Under the pieces are notes generated by a model. That model was not told the origin of the DNA and did no database searches. It saw only the letters and a program-made list of their open reading frames with translations. 57,742 nt of DNA, taken from an archaeon. Lineage in GTDB: Archaea > Nanobdellota > Nanobdellia > Woesearchaeales > ARS49. The stretch covers positions 1-57,742 of the forward strand of contig JAGVQG010000057.1 in assembly GCA_020051845.1 (NCBI GenBank), given 5' to 3'. The position numbers and the translations under genes are program-made. Positions 1 through 10,147 of the stretch are shown piece by piece (position 1 is the first letter of the stretch; every line of letters begins with the position of its first letter).

Positions 1-169
1 CATGCAAAGTCTGGGCATACCAACGACTCAAACGCTACGGAGAAACATAAATCACATCACACAGTCAAAACTTCGAACGAGTTATGCAACACGGCAATTC
101 AGAATAGAGTTCTGATTGGATGGTGTCCGCGTCTGTCAAGTCTTCACTCATTTCATTTTCCAGGACTGT

Positions 170-1417
170 TCAGAGATTCAGTCCCTTCCTCTTCGCCCGT
201 TCGATGGAGGCTTTCTTGAAAGCTACGAATTCCTCGATGAACTTGGAATTTTTGTGGGCCTCTAGGGCGGCGTCGAGCGCGCTGAACTCGTTGTTTTTCT
301 TCTTGTTCTTCGGCCTACGTTTATCGCCGTCTTTTGCGCTCCTGCTTTCTATCAGCCGACGCAGGGTCAGCCGCGCTTCCATCTCCGGTTCCCTGTCGAA
401 GTCCGGATTGTTGTCGAAGAATCTCTTGATCCCTTTCCTGTTCAGTCCGAAGCGCAGGTCGCGCACTGTTCCTTTCATGTAGTCGGCTATCGTGAATGGC
501 GGCACGTCGCGCGCTATGCCCAGGTTTGCCACGACGTATGATAGCGTGCCTATTTCGACGAACCTGTCGACCTTGACGGCTCCTGCGAGAGCCGCGTAGG
601 GATGCATCACCACGTGTCCTGCGAGCTTGCTACCTGAGCCGACGTGCGCGTTGCGCATCAGATGGCAGTCGTGCGCTATGTGGGTGTGGTCCTGTATGTC
701 CACGTGATCATCGAGCGTGGTGGTGTGGTCTTTGGACTCTTTCTTGAGCGTGCCTCTCGAGATTCTGCATCCTTCTTTGACGATGCATTCCTTTCCGAGG
801 ATGGTGTATGTGGGGCCGACAGTGGTCTTCCCTTTCTCTTCAGGATTTTGTCGCAGGTATTCCCTGACTTTCCTCAGTTCGGCTTGCCAGGTGTTGTCCT
901 GTGGGTGGACGCCGATCTCGCAGTTGTACAGTTGCGTTCCGTCGCCTATTTGGGTCCAATAGAATATCGTGGTGTTAGGGCCGATGAATGCGTCGTAGCC
1001 GATCTTGATGTTGTTGCCCAGCGCCGCGTTTATGCCGAGCTGTGATTCATTCCCTATGGTGACCGGTCCGCTGTAGGGCAGGCCTTTCTGGCGCATGCAA
1101 TTGATCTTGGATTGCGCGTCTATGGTGACGTTCTCTCCGATGTCCACAGGGAAGCCGTCGGCACGGATGATGCATTGCGAGTCGATGCTGGTGCCTCGTC
1201 TGATGCGCAGTTCAGAATCAGCGCCCTCGCCGCCCCAGAGCTCGGTGTTGTGGCCGAGTATGACTCCTGCCTCGATGCGTATGTTGCCGCACAGGTAGAC
1301 CACGCCGTTGATGCGGACGTCTTTGTCAACGCCCGCGGGCAGGGGGTCGCCGGGATGGTAGGCCTTAAGCTGTCGTGTGCGGTCTATGTCAGAATCGTAA
1401 ACTCCGCTGGCAACCAT
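170..1417 (-). CDS. LpxA-like hexapeptide-repeat (left-handed beta-helix) acyltransferase with extended N-terminal beta-helix
   Basis: Many [IVL]G hexapeptide repeats; LpxA-type motifs GVHPQD, ISRGT, HIAHDC, LAGHV, DVPPF and GLNRKGIKR, then a helical C-terminal domain. Confidence 0.75.
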   Translation of the reverse strand: MVASGVYDSDIDRTRQLKAYHPGDPLPAGVDKDVRINGVVYLCGNIRIEAGVILGHNTELWGGEGADSELRIRRGTSIDSQCIIRADGFPVDIGENVTIDAQSKINCMRQKGLPYSGPVTIGNESQLGINAALGNNIKIGYDAFIGPNTTIFYWTQIGDGTQLYNCEIGVHPQDNTWQAELRKVREYLRQNPEEKGKTTVGPTYTILGKECIVKEGCRISRGTLKKESKDHTTTLDDHVDIQDHTHIAHDCHLMRNAHVGSGSKLAGHVVMHPYAALAGAVKVDRFVEIGTLSYVVANLGIARDVPPFTIADYMKGTVRDLRFGLNRKGIKRFFDNNPDFDREPEMEARLTLRRLIESRSAKDGDKRRPKNKKKNNEFSALDAALEAHKNSKFIEEFVAFKKASIERAKRKGLNL

Positions 1418-1545
1418 AATACTACTGTGAAGTGATTAAGCGAATAATAACCTTTCGTATATGAGATGCATTTCAAGCTTAATGTCCATAACCTTTAAAA
1501 AGGGACCGTCGGCTGGTGACTTTAGAGAAACAGGGGGAATTTCAC

Positions 1546-3177
1546 ATGGGAAACCAAGTCCAACCGATATTCATACTGCCCGAAGGCACGCAACGCACGA
1601 CAGGCAGGAACGCGCAGCGCAACAACATAATGGCGGCCAAGCTTGTCGCTGAGACCGTCCGCACCACTCTTGGTCCCAAGGGCATGGACAAGATGATCGT
1701 CGACTCGCTCGGCGACATCACGGTCACCAATGACGGCGTCACGATCCTGGAAGAGATGAAGATCGAGCATCCTGCTGCGAAGATGCTTGTCGAGATCGCC
1801 AAGACCCAGGAGAACGAGGTCGGCGACGGGACCACGACCGCTGTCGTCATCGCAGGCGAACTGCTCCGTCTCGCAGAGGAATTGCTCGACAAGGATGTCC
1901 ATCCGACAGTCATCGCGCGCGGTTATCGTCTCGCGGCAGAGAAGTCATTGCAGGTCCTCAACGCCATGGCCGAAGAAGTCACCGAGAAGGAAGAGATCGT
2001 CCTCAAGAAGATCGCGGGCACCGCGATCACAGGCAAGGGCGCCGAGATCGCCAAGGATCATCTTGCAGCCATAGCTGTCGAGGCCGTGCGCCGCGTGGCT
2101 GACCACGTGGACGGCGAGTGGCGCTTCGACAAGGAGAACATCAAGCTCGAGAAGAAGGTGGGCGGCTCTGTCGAGGACACGCAGCTGATCGACGGTCTCG
2201 TCATCGAGAAGGAGGCAGTCCATCCTTCGATGCCAAAGCACGTTCAAGACGCCAAGATCGCGCTCATCGACGCGGCCATTGAGATCAAGGACACCGAGAT
2301 CGACGCCAAGATAGAGATAACAGACCCGTCCCAGATGCAGGGCTTCCTCGACCAGGAAGAGCGCATGATCCGGACCATGGTCGACAAGATCATAAAGTCG
2401 GGCGCGAACGTCGTCTTCTGCCAGAAGGGCATTGACGACATCGCGCAGCACTTCCTCGCAAAGGCCGGCGTCTACGCTGCCCGTCGCGTTAAGAAGAGTG
2501 ACATGGAGGCTCTTGCACGTGCTACCGGCGCGACGATCGTCAGCAACCTCGATGACCTGACAGCCAAGGACCTTGGCAAGGCAGGCGCTGTCGAGGAGCG
2601 CAAGATCGGCAGTGACGAGCTGACCTATGTCACCGGCTGCAAGAATCCCAAGAGCATAACGATACTTGTGCGCGGTGGCACAGAGCATGTCGTGGCAGAA
2701 GCCAGGCGCGCCATGACCGACGCTGTCGGCGATGTCGCGGCGTCATTGCGCACCGGTAAGATAGTCGCCGGCGCAGGCGCCTGCGAGATAGAGCTTGCCA
2801 AGGAGCTGCGCAAGTTCAGCGAGTCTTTGGAAGGCCGCGAGCAGCTTGCCGTCATGTCGTTTGCCGAGGCCATGGAAGTGATTCCACGGACGCTCGCAGA
2901 GAACGCAGGACTCGATCCGATCGATTGCATCACTGAATTGAAAGCCGCCCACGACAAGAAGCAGAAGTGGGCAGGCATCAATGTCTTCACAGGAAAGGTC
3001 ATGGACGCATGGAAAGCGGGCGTGCTCGAGCCTTTGAAGATCAAGACCCAGGCCATAAGCAGCGCTGCCGAGGTCGCGCAGATGATCCTGCGAATCGACG
3101 ACGTCATCGCAGGCGGTTCTGCACGGGGCGGCATGCCTCCTGGTGGAATGGGCGGCATGCCTCCGATGGATATGTGA
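1546..3177 (+). CDS. thsA: Thermosome subunit (group II chaperonin)
   Basis: [38 protein letters not shown] motifs and a GGM-rich tail; likely ATG at 1546 after a GGGGG RBS. Confidence 0.97.
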   Translation: MGNQVQPIFILPEGTQRTTGRNAQRNNIMAAKLVAETVRTTLGPKGMDKMIVDSLGDITVTNDGVTILEEMKIEHPAAKMLVEIAKTQENEVGDGTTTAVVIAGELLRLAEELLDKDVHPTVIARGYRLAAEKSLQVLNAMAEEVTEKEEIVLKKIAGTAITGKGAEIAKDHLAAIAVEAVRRVADHVDGEWRFDKENIKLEKKVGGSVEDTQLIDGLVIEKEAVHPSMPKHVQDAKIALIDAAIEIKDTEIDAKIEITDPSQMQGFLDQEERMIRTMVDKIIKSGANVVFCQKGIDDIAQHFLAKAGVYAARRVKKSDMEALARATGATIVSNLDDLTAKDLGKAGAVEERKIGSDELTYVTGCKNPKSITILVRGGTEHVVAEARRAMTDAVGDVAASLRTGKIVAGAGACEIELAKELRKFSESLEGREQLAVMSFAEAMEVIPRTLAENAGLDPIDCITELKAAHDKKQKWAGINVFTGKVMDAWKAGVLEPLKIKTQAISSAAEVAQMILRIDDVIAGGSARGGMPPGGMGGMPPMDM

Positions 3178-3184
3178 TCGGGAT

Positions 3185-3529
3185 ATGTACGAGAATAAAT
3201 TCCCGTCCGCTCCGGACGAAGTTCCCACGGTCTTCGATGTCAATGACGACCGTCATGTCCACTATAACTACCACGATGGACCGAAAAAGTTCTATCTTTT
3301 CTTCAACAGGGAATCAGGCATATTAAGGATATCGTCGAGCTTGCATGCATTGGAGCAGTTGGCCGAGATCGAGAGCGGCGTCAAGAAGGATGGGATAGTC
3401 CGGTTGCTTCTTCCGCCTAACAACAAGGAGTTAAGCTTGGTCGACGTGAGAGAGATGAGATATCGCTCGACAGCGGAAACCAATCTGAAAGGCGGCGATT
3501 ATCGTTCATCCGGCGTCAATCCGGGTTAG
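3185..3529 (+). CDS. Hypothetical protein (~114 aa)
   Basis: ATG 8 nt after the thermosome stop; fills the gap before the next promoter; no recognisable motif. Confidence 0.6.
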   Translation: MYENKFPSAPDEVPTVFDVNDDRHVHYNYHDGPKKFYLFFNRESGILRISSSLHALEQLAEIESGVKKDGIVRLLLPPNNKELSLVDVREMRYRSTAETNLKGGDYRSSGVNPG

Positions 3530-3605
3530 TCGTGTTTTGTTTGTCTGTCACCAAACCTTTATAAATCCCGCCGAGTTAGGCTCGCTATAGAAAAAGGGTG
3601 ATGTT

Positions 3606-4163
3606 ATGGCCGATGATGATGCTCAATGGTCTGCTCCGCAGGAAGAATACGAACTTGTTCCTTACAAGGAGATCAACGAACTCAAGGATGAATTGCACAA
3701 GCTGAAGGATTATCCTATCCCTAGCAGCAAGAAGCTCCAGGTGACGATGGACGAGCTCGCTTTGAAGCTCGACCGCATGACTGCTATTCTTGAGGAAGCG
3801 AGCCATGAGTTGCACGCCGAGGAAGGCGGCATGACTTTCCAGGAGAAGATGAGGCCTCTTCTCGAGAAGATGAACAAGATCCTCGAGCAGAACAGCGAGA
3901 TCGCGAAGGGCATCGTTGCCGTGGCCGATCTTGTCGAGGAACTCAAGGGCCGCCTTGAATCGGGTTTCATGGTGAAGGAGAATGTCTCTCCAGGCTTTAT
4001 GCCGCAGGAGCAGAGCGTCGCGCAGATGGCGCCGCCGTCCATGCAGTCTATGCCTGAGATGGGTTCGATGGGACCTCCTATGGGTTCGCCCATGGGCCAG
4101 CAGCCGCAGCCGTTGCCTGGCGTGATGCCTCCGCCCCCTCCTAAGAAAAAAGGATTTTTCTGA
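3606..4163 (+). CDS. Coiled-coil protein with Pro/Met-rich tail
   Basis: Heptad-rich N-terminal half, ends PPPPPKKKGFF; TTTATAAA box near 3558. Confidence 0.8.
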   Translation: MADDDAQWSAPQEEYELVPYKEINELKDELHKLKDYPIPSSKKLQVTMDELALKLDRMTAILEEASHELHAEEGGMTFQEKMRPLLEKMNKILEQNSEIAKGIVAVADLVEELKGRLESGFMVKENVSPGFMPQEQSVAQMAPPSMQSMPEMGSMGPPMGSPMGQQPQPLPGVMPPPPPKKKGFF

Positions 4164-4165
4164 TC

Positions 4166-4684
4166 ATGGCAGTTGATCCGCAAAAGGCGTTGTTGTACAA
4201 ACGCTATCTGGCGAAGTCCGCCAAGCGCATGCTCGACAGGGACGTGGCGCGCGAGCGTCTGCAGGCGCAGATCGATGAGCTACGCAAGATAGACTCCAAA
4301 GGTATGCAGGCGAAGATCGATGAATTGGAGCGCCGCATCGCCGATGCCGTGAGCCGCGAGACCACTTTGCGCACGCACCACCAGATGGAGGACTTGTTCC
4401 ATCGCAAGCTGCGTGACCGCATGTCGGAATTGGAAGGCAGGATCGACAAGTATCTCAAGACACGCGAGAGCAGGTTGCAGCGCATCACAGAGCTTGAGGA
4501 GAAGATCGCAGGCCGGCTTTCGAACAAGAACGAGATGGTCGAGGCATTGCGGATCGAGATAGTCCAGCTCGAGAAGATGTCGCAGGAGCTCGAGGGCGAG
4601 CCGAAGTCGGCCAAGAAGCTGAATAAAATACAGGATAAAATCAAGTCATTGAAGAAAGACATCGAAGCGAAGGCCGCTTCCTGA
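4166..4684 (+). CDS. Coiled-coil hypothetical protein
   Basis: Continuous charged heptads; starts 2 nt after the previous stop. Confidence 0.8.
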   Translation: MAVDPQKALLYKRYLAKSAKRMLDRDVARERLQAQIDELRKIDSKGMQAKIDELERRIADAVSRETTLRTHHQMEDLFHRKLRDRMSELEGRIDKYLKTRESRLQRITELEEKIAGRLSNKNEMVEALRIEIVQLEKMSQELEGEPKSAKKLNKIQDKIKSLKKDIEAKAAS

Positions 4685-4700
4685 GCGATGTCGATTATTC

Positions 4701-4862
4701 TTAGATGTCCTTCGCCATTATCGTGCGTCTGCCGTTGGCTTCTGCGCGCTTGACAGCGTCCTTCACCATCTGTTCTACCTTCTGGTCGAGCGCGTCCGCG
4801 AAGTCTCCACCGACATTGATCTCGCCCACGATTTCCTTGATCTTAGATTTCACGATGATCAT
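4701..4862 (-). CDS. Short histone-fold protein (53 aa; DUF1931/short-alpha3 type), not in ORF track
   Basis: Manual translation MIIVKSKIKEIVGEINVGGDFADALDQKVEQMVKDAVKRAEANGRRTIMAKDI*; histone-fold signature A..A...GR.T....D; GAGGTG RBS upstream. Confidence 0.85.
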   Translation of the reverse strand: MIIVKSKIKEIVGEINVGGDFADALDQKVEQMVKDAVKRAEANGRRTIMAKDI

Positions 4863-4960
4863 TGGTGCACCTCTGGCCGTCTAAAGCGTCTATAATACTT
4901 AAAGGTTGCCTTTATGGGGGTTGTTAGCTGCGGTGTTATTGTTTGCTGAGAACGTCACGC

Positions 4961-6643
4961 TCACTTGTTCGTGAACCAGAAGTGGTGGGTGTCCTTTTCC
5001 ACGCGGTCGAGCCTGCAGAATCCGAAGCGTTCGAATTGTATCACGTCGTCAACCTTCAATTCCTTGGCTCCTGGTTCGACGACGCCGTGCAGTGTCGTCG
5101 CGTCAGGCATCATGATATCTGCCTTGAGGTTTCCTTCGGCCGGTAGCCAGTGCATTATGCCGCCGCTTTTCTTGCGGTAGCTTTCGACGTCTTTGCTGTC
5201 GAAGACCAGTTTCTGTCCTTCCTTCCTGAAGTTGAGGCATTCCATCATGCGATAGAGTCGTCCTTCCTCGAGTTTGTTGAAGTCGTCTTCTGGCAATAGG
5301 AATTCCGTGCCTGTCTTCATTATGCGCTGGCCGCGTTCAGGATGGTCAGGGTGTCTGTGCAGTTCGACTGTCTGGGATGGCGCTCCTTCTATGCGCACTG
5401 AGATAGGGTTGGGTAAGAAGAACAGCCTGTCCGTCTTTCCATCGACGAGTTTCCTGCTGATCGCGGCCACTATGCTGTAGTCGAGTCTGACCTGGCCCTT
5501 GTCCCAGCCTAATTCATAGATGAGTTCCTTGAGCGCTTCTGGTCTTATGCCCCTGCGTCTGAGCGCGGCGACAGTCACCAGTCTAGGGTCGTCCCAGCCA
5601 AGGTATTCTCCGCTCTGGACTTTCTCACGGATCTCCCTGCCTTGGGTTATGCTGCCTATGACGTTGATCCTGCCGAACTGCAACACTTCCTGCGTCCGCA
5701 GGTCGAGCTTCTGCTTGATGAGGTTCTGCAGGTCTATGCGCTGGTCGAATTCGGCAGAGCGGAAGATGTGCGTGACGCCGTTTATGTCCTCGGCGATCGG
5801 GCTTTCGAAGTCGTACATCGGCCAGACCTTGTATTTCGTTCCGTGCCTGAAGTGGGGCGCTTCCACGATGCGCATTATCACTGGATCGCGTAGCGTTCCA
5901 TTCGGGTTCTGCATGTCGCCGACGAAGCGAAGCACGCACTTGCCCTCTCTGTGGGTTCCGTCGATCATCTTGCGCCAGTTGTCCAGGTTCTGGTCGACGC
6001 TGGCGTCGCGGCAGGCGCAGGCGATGCTTTTGAATCGTAGATCCCTCATCGTGTCCTGGTCGCAGAAGCAGACGTAGGCGTCCTTTTGTTTGATGAGGCG
6101 TTCCGCTTTCTCGTAGTAGGCGTCCATGTAATCCGATGCGTAGACTTCTTTGTCAGCGACCATTCCGAGCCACTTGAAATCCTCGCGCATGAAGTCGAGC
6201 GTCTCCTGGGTGCTTTTCTCGGGGTTGGTCTCTTCCCAGCGAAGTATGAACTTGCCGTCGTGCTCCTTGGCTTCAAGATAGTTGAGGAGCGCCGCGCAGA
6301 CATGGCCGAGGTGCATCGTCTTGCTCGGTTCTGGCGGGAAGCGTGTCACGACCTTGCCTTTCTCCATGCCTTCGAGTCTTGGCAGTTCCCGTGTCTTCTC
6401 CTCCTTGGGTTTTGGAGCGAGCAGTTCTGGAGCTGTCTTCTGCAACTCGGCCAGTTGAGCGTCGGGCTTCATCGCGTTGACTTCTTTTATGACAGCTGCT
6501 ATCTCTTTTGATAGCGTCTTCATGTCGTTCTTGGCATCAGGATGGTTTGCGATGACTCCGCCCACCACAGCGCCAGGATTGGCCTTTCCGCCGTACTTTA
6601 CGGCGTTGGCAAGAGCGAGCTTGCGTATGAGGGACTTGTCCAT
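4961..6643 (-). CDS. gltX: Glutamate--tRNA ligase (archaeal type)
   Basis: TRFPPEPS, HLGH (HIGH), Zn motif CFC...CACR, LRDP, WPMYDF, GWDDPRL.T, QFERFGF; archaeal N-terminal NA.K.GGKA extension. Confidence 0.96.
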   Translation of the reverse strand: MDKSLIRKLALANAVKYGGKANPGAVVGGVIANHPDAKNDMKTLSKEIAAVIKEVNAMKPDAQLAELQKTAPELLAPKPKEEKTRELPRLEGMEKGKVVTRFPPEPSKTMHLGHVCAALLNYLEAKEHDGKFILRWEETNPEKSTQETLDFMREDFKWLGMVADKEVYASDYMDAYYEKAERLIKQKDAYVCFCDQDTMRDLRFKSIACACRDASVDQNLDNWRKMIDGTHREGKCVLRFVGDMQNPNGTLRDPVIMRIVEAPHFRHGTKYKVWPMYDFESPIAEDINGVTHIFRSAEFDQRIDLQNLIKQKLDLRTQEVLQFGRINVIGSITQGREIREKVQSGEYLGWDDPRLVTVAALRRRGIRPEALKELIYELGWDKGQVRLDYSIVAAISRKLVDGKTDRLFFLPNPISVRIEGAPSQTVELHRHPDHPERGQRIMKTGTEFLLPEDDFNKLEEGRLYRMMECLNFRKEGQKLVFDSKDVESYRKKSGGIMHWLPAEGNLKADIMMPDATTLHGVVEPGAKELKVDDVIQFERFGFCRLDRVEKDTHHFWFTNK

Positions 6644-6743
6644 GATGTATCCGAGCAGAATGTCGCTATATAAAACTTGTCCGTGTCCGAAGTTTTATAA
6701 ACCAGGGTTATCACTGGATTTCATCAAAAGAGGTAATGCAACA

Positions 6744-7379
6744 ATGGCGCGCAATCCCGGACATGTTTCAATATCGAGGACTTCGCTTTACGTTCTCGCG
6801 GTCATCGCTGTCGTGGCTGGTGTGGTCGGGACTTATCTTTCAATCCAGCACGTGCAAAGCATAACCGGTCTTTACACTGGTTTGTCCCAGGTCGGTTCCA
6901 TATCTTTCAACGAACAGGGAGTCATGTCATTGCGCTTGACAGATGCGTCTTCTTCGTTCGGAAACATAACTTCCAATAACAGCGGCGTGTGCGTCGTCAC
7001 GACAGAAGGGCCTGTGATGAGCGGTATTAATTGTTACAAGACAGGAGGTCCTGATCCGATGACCGTCAACAACGACGGCAACTTGAACATCACAGTCACC
7101 ATCAACGCGACAGGTTTCAGTCTAGGGACAGGCGGCGGCCAGGCTTTCAAGGCCACGGAAGGCGCGCCAGGCATCTGCGCCTTGTCTTTGGCATCTTCGT
7201 ATGTTTCGTTGCCGTCTTCCACGCCAGCTTTGGTCTGTGATCAGCTCAAATTCTCGGACGGTGTGGATGATCTGACCATCGACATCCGTCTCACTGTCGG
7301 TGAGGACTTGCAGCCTGGCAACCAGACAGAGAATGTCACGCTCTGGGCTTGCTTGGCTGGTTCAGGCAGTTGTCCTTGA
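6744..7379 (+). CDS. Membrane-anchored/secreted beta-rich surface protein
   Basis: N-terminal TM followed by ITG motif; Ser/Thr/Asn/Gly-rich with paired Cys and N-x-S/T sequons; ATG after GAGGT RBS. Confidence 0.75.
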   Translation: MARNPGHVSISRTSLYVLAVIAVVAGVVGTYLSIQHVQSITGLYTGLSQVGSISFNEQGVMSLRLTDASSSFGNITSNNSGVCVVTTEGPVMSGINCYKTGGPDPMTVNNDGNLNITVTINATGFSLGTGGGQAFKATEGAPGICALSLASSYVSLPSSTPALVCDQLKFSDGVDDLTIDIRLTVGEDLQPGNQTENVTLWACLAGSGSCP

Positions 7380-7457
7380 TCAGCTTGTTTTTCAACACTG
7401 GTCGGTTATCAATGCCCGTGCACAAACTTTATATACGACGATGGTGGCCGTCGGGAT

Positions 7458-7661
7458 ATGAAAAAGGAAATCGTGACTATGGTTCTGGTGGTGCTTGTCG
7501 TCATAGCTGTCGTGCAAGCGGTTCAGTTCAACACTCTCAAGGCTAAGGTCAGCGAGAAGTTCGCGACGCCTACCGCCGCGGTTGTGGCGCAGCCCACTGA
7601 TGGCGACGTCGACACAGCGCCAGAAGTTGTGCCTGAAGCCGTGCCTGAAGTCGCTGAGTGA
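7458..7661 (+). CDS. Small membrane-anchored protein
   Basis: N-terminal TM helix, acidic Pro-rich tail; TATA box near 7428. Confidence 0.65.
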   Translation: MKKEIVTMVLVVLVVIAVVQAVQFNTLKAKVSEKFATPTAAVVAQPTDGDVDTAPEVVPEAVPEVAE

Positions 7662-7673
7662 GGAGGGATCACT

Positions 7674-8831
7674 ATGAACAAGCTCAACCTGAATTTCGTT
7701 AATATGTTGCTGGTCGCCGTCCTTGCGGTCGTTCTTTTGGTGAACGTCATATCGATCGCAGGCGTCAACACGCTCATCAAGTCGCCGCCGAACGTGACCG
7801 TTACTGCCGCGAGTCCTACCATCGAGGTCATAGCGATCAAGGAGGATTCCTGTGCTGACTGCGCCGATGTTCAGCAGATCATCGATTCACTCAAGCAATC
7901 AGGCCAGGTGACTGTCTCCAAGGACACGGTCCTGTCTTCGACTGACAAGGACGCGCAGGCGCTCATCACCAAGTACACGATCACAAGATTACCTGTTATA
8001 ATGATGAAGGGCGACATCGACAAGCTTCCGGAGAACCCGATGCTTGAGAAGTCGGGCGACGTCATGCTGCTGCGCCAGCTTCCTCCGCCTTACTTTGACA
8101 TCGCCACCAAGAAGGTCAAGGGCCTGGTCGACGTGACATATCTGACCGCTCCGCTGTGCCAGAAGTGCGCGGATATAACGCTGCTCTCCAAGCAGTTGGG
8201 AACAGCGGGTGTCGTCATGGGCAAGGAGACCAGTGTGGTCTACGATTCGGATGACGGCAAGGCTTTGGTCAAGAAGTACAACCTGACCGGCGTGCCTACG
8301 GCGATTTTCTCGCCCGATGCCAAGGAATACCAGATCTTCGAGCAGGCATGGCAGACAGCGGGCACAGTGGCCGACGATGGCTCCTACGTGCTGCGACAGC
8401 TTATGCCGCCGTATATCGACATCAAGACCGACAAGCTCAGGGGTTTCGTCGACGTGGTCTACCTGTCTGACAAGTCCTGCGCCGACTGCTACAACGCGTC
8501 CATGCACAAGACGATACTTGTCCAGAACTTCGGCCTCGCTGTCGACAAGGAGACGGACTATGATGTCGCGAGCGCCGACGGCGCCAAGCTTGTCAAGAGC
8601 TACAACATCACTTCTGTGCCTACGGTCATCCTGTCAGGGGACATCGGTGCATACCCGTCGCTGGGCCAGGCCTGGGAACAGGTGGGCACTGTCGAGAAGG
8701 ACGGTTCGCTCATCTTCCGCAATATAGCCCTGTTGCAGGTCGCCTACAAGGATCTTGCGACAGGAAAGGTAGTGCCAGCGTCAGCCGCTCCGGAAGTCGC
8801 GCCTGAAGACACCGTCGATACGACAGAGTGA
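7674..8831 (+). CDS. Membrane-anchored protein with three tandem thioredoxin-like CxxC domains
   Basis: TM anchor; CADC, CQKC, CADC, each followed by a Y.IT.(L/V)P-type cis-Pro loop; GGAGG RBS. Confidence 0.85.
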   Translation: MNKLNLNFVNMLLVAVLAVVLLVNVISIAGVNTLIKSPPNVTVTAASPTIEVIAIKEDSCADCADVQQIIDSLKQSGQVTVSKDTVLSSTDKDAQALITKYTITRLPVIMMKGDIDKLPENPMLEKSGDVMLLRQLPPPYFDIATKKVKGLVDVTYLTAPLCQKCADITLLSKQLGTAGVVMGKETSVVYDSDDGKALVKKYNLTGVPTAIFSPDAKEYQIFEQAWQTAGTVADDGSYVLRQLMPPYIDIKTDKLRGFVDVVYLSDKSCADCYNASMHKTILVQNFGLAVDKETDYDVASADGAKLVKSYNITSVPTVILSGDIGAYPSLGQAWEQVGTVEKDGSLIFRNIALLQVAYKDLATGKVVPASAAPEVAPEDTVDTTE

Positions 8832-8862
8832 TTGTTTTTTTGTTTTATTATATTTTTATTCT
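8832..8862 (+). terminator. Oligo(T) archaeal terminator
   Basis: T-runs immediately after the stop codon. Confidence 0.5.
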
Positions 8863-8956
8863 GCGTTCTTTAGGGTTTGGATTGAAGCTGATCAATGATT
8901 AGGTCTGATAGAAGAATGCTGAAAGGTCGTTATTTGATCCAGAACGATATTGTCCT

Positions 8957-9133
8957 TTATCTGCGGCCGGACATGCCGCGTTCCATCTCGTCGACTTCAC
9001 GGAGCAGGTCCTCTGCGGAGCTGCTTGTGTCTTCTGCGATGGTGGCTTTGCCGCAGAAGGGGCACAGGTTAGGTGCGACGCTGCGTGAGAACTTGTAACG
9101 GCACGAACTGCACCGAAGCGCTATCTTTGCCAT
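8957..9133 (-). CDS. Small zinc-ribbon protein (58 aa)
   Basis: MAKIALRCSSC...CPFCG with acidic C-terminal helix; GGA RBS before ATG 9133. Confidence 0.75.
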   Translation of the reverse strand: MAKIALRCSSCRYKFSRSVAPNLCPFCGKATIAEDTSSSAEDLLREVDEMERGMSGRR

Positions 9134-9185
9134 GTTTCCTTTGTTGGGGCGCAAATATTTAAGCTTTTGGGGATTGCTCTTCTGC

Positions 9186-9329
9186 ATGCGAATGAAACCC
9201 ATGAATGTTGTCATTATATTGCTGTTTCTTCTCGTTCTTGTGCTTATAATCGACCTCGCAATCAACGTATTCTTCCCTACGCCTTCGCCGATGGCTTTCG
9301 CCGGCGCTCTTGGGGTGCCTGGATCATGA
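9186..9329 (+). CDS. Small single-TM protein
   Basis: Strongly hydrophobic helix; stop overlaps the next start (ATGA at 9326-9329). Confidence 0.45.
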   Translation: MRMKPMNVVIILLFLLVLVLIIDLAINVFFPTPSPMAFAGALGVPGS

Positions 9330-10147
9330 GGTTGTTCTCGGATGCCCGGAATGCGTTGTTCATCTGGCTGAAGTCGCCTTCGTGGTTCATACTCAGCGTC
9401 ATTCTGGACCTTCTCTTCATGATCGTCTATGGTTTCGTCACTGCTCCGATAAAGGGCAAGATAGTGGAGCACGTCCTTGTCATCGGCGGCCTGATATCAC
9501 AGGCAGCGCAGGAGAGCGGCGAGGTGGCTGTCCAGAAGGGGCAGAGCATCATTGCGTTGATGCTTGAAAGGCCTGAAGTTTCTCCTTACTTCCACAGCCT
9601 GTTGCTTCTTTTCGTGATACTGGCAGTCGCGAGCTTTGTCACCTATATCCTGTTCCAGGCGTGCGTCTGGTTTCTGGCGCACCGCAGAGCATCGATGGAG
9701 ATGGATTTGCCCGAGTTCATCAGCAGGTTCGCCTCTTTGAACATCTGGTGGGGCATCCTGGTGATGTTATATAGCGCGGTCACGCTCATCGACTCGATCC
9801 GCATCGCCGTGACAAATTCACAGTCCGACCTGTTCAGCCAATCGCTGATGGTGTTGGCTGTCATAGTCGGCGTCGTCGCGTCATGGACATACGCGTTGCC
9901 CATGAGACAGTCTGGCTGGCGCGGTGCAATCGATGGTTCTGTTTCCGTTTTCAAGCGTTGGAAAGTGACCCTTCCAGCGACATTGCTGGTCATCGTGGGA
10001 TTTGTTCTCCTGAACTACGCGATAATGGGCATCGCGAATTTGTCGACGACAGCGGCGTTCATCGCAGGCATTGTCCTGCTTTTCCCGATAATGGCTTGGG
10101 CGCGCCTTTTCATGGTCGAGTCTGCGAGGCACCATGTGGACGCATGA
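9326..10147 (+). CDS. Multi-pass membrane protein
   Basis: About 6 hydrophobic helices; overlaps the lgt start. Confidence 0.75.
   Translation: MRLFSDARNALFIWLKSPSWFILSVILDLLFMIVYGFVTAPIKGKIVEHVLVIGGLISQAAQESGEVAVQKGQSIIALMLERPEVSPYFHSLLLLFVILAVASFVTYILFQACVWFLAHRRASMEMDLPEFISRFASLNIWWGILVMLYSAVTLIDSIRIAVTNSQSDLFSQSLMVLAVIVGVVASWTYALPMRQSGWRGAIDGSVSVFKRWKVTLPATLLVIVGFVLLNYAIMGIANLSTTAAFIAGIVLLFPIMAWARLFMVESARHHVDA

Noticed and set aside
8957-9472. 171-aa ORF as given in the track
   Set aside because: Upstream part is antisense to the membrane-protein operon; only the 58-aa zinc ribbon from 9133 is credible
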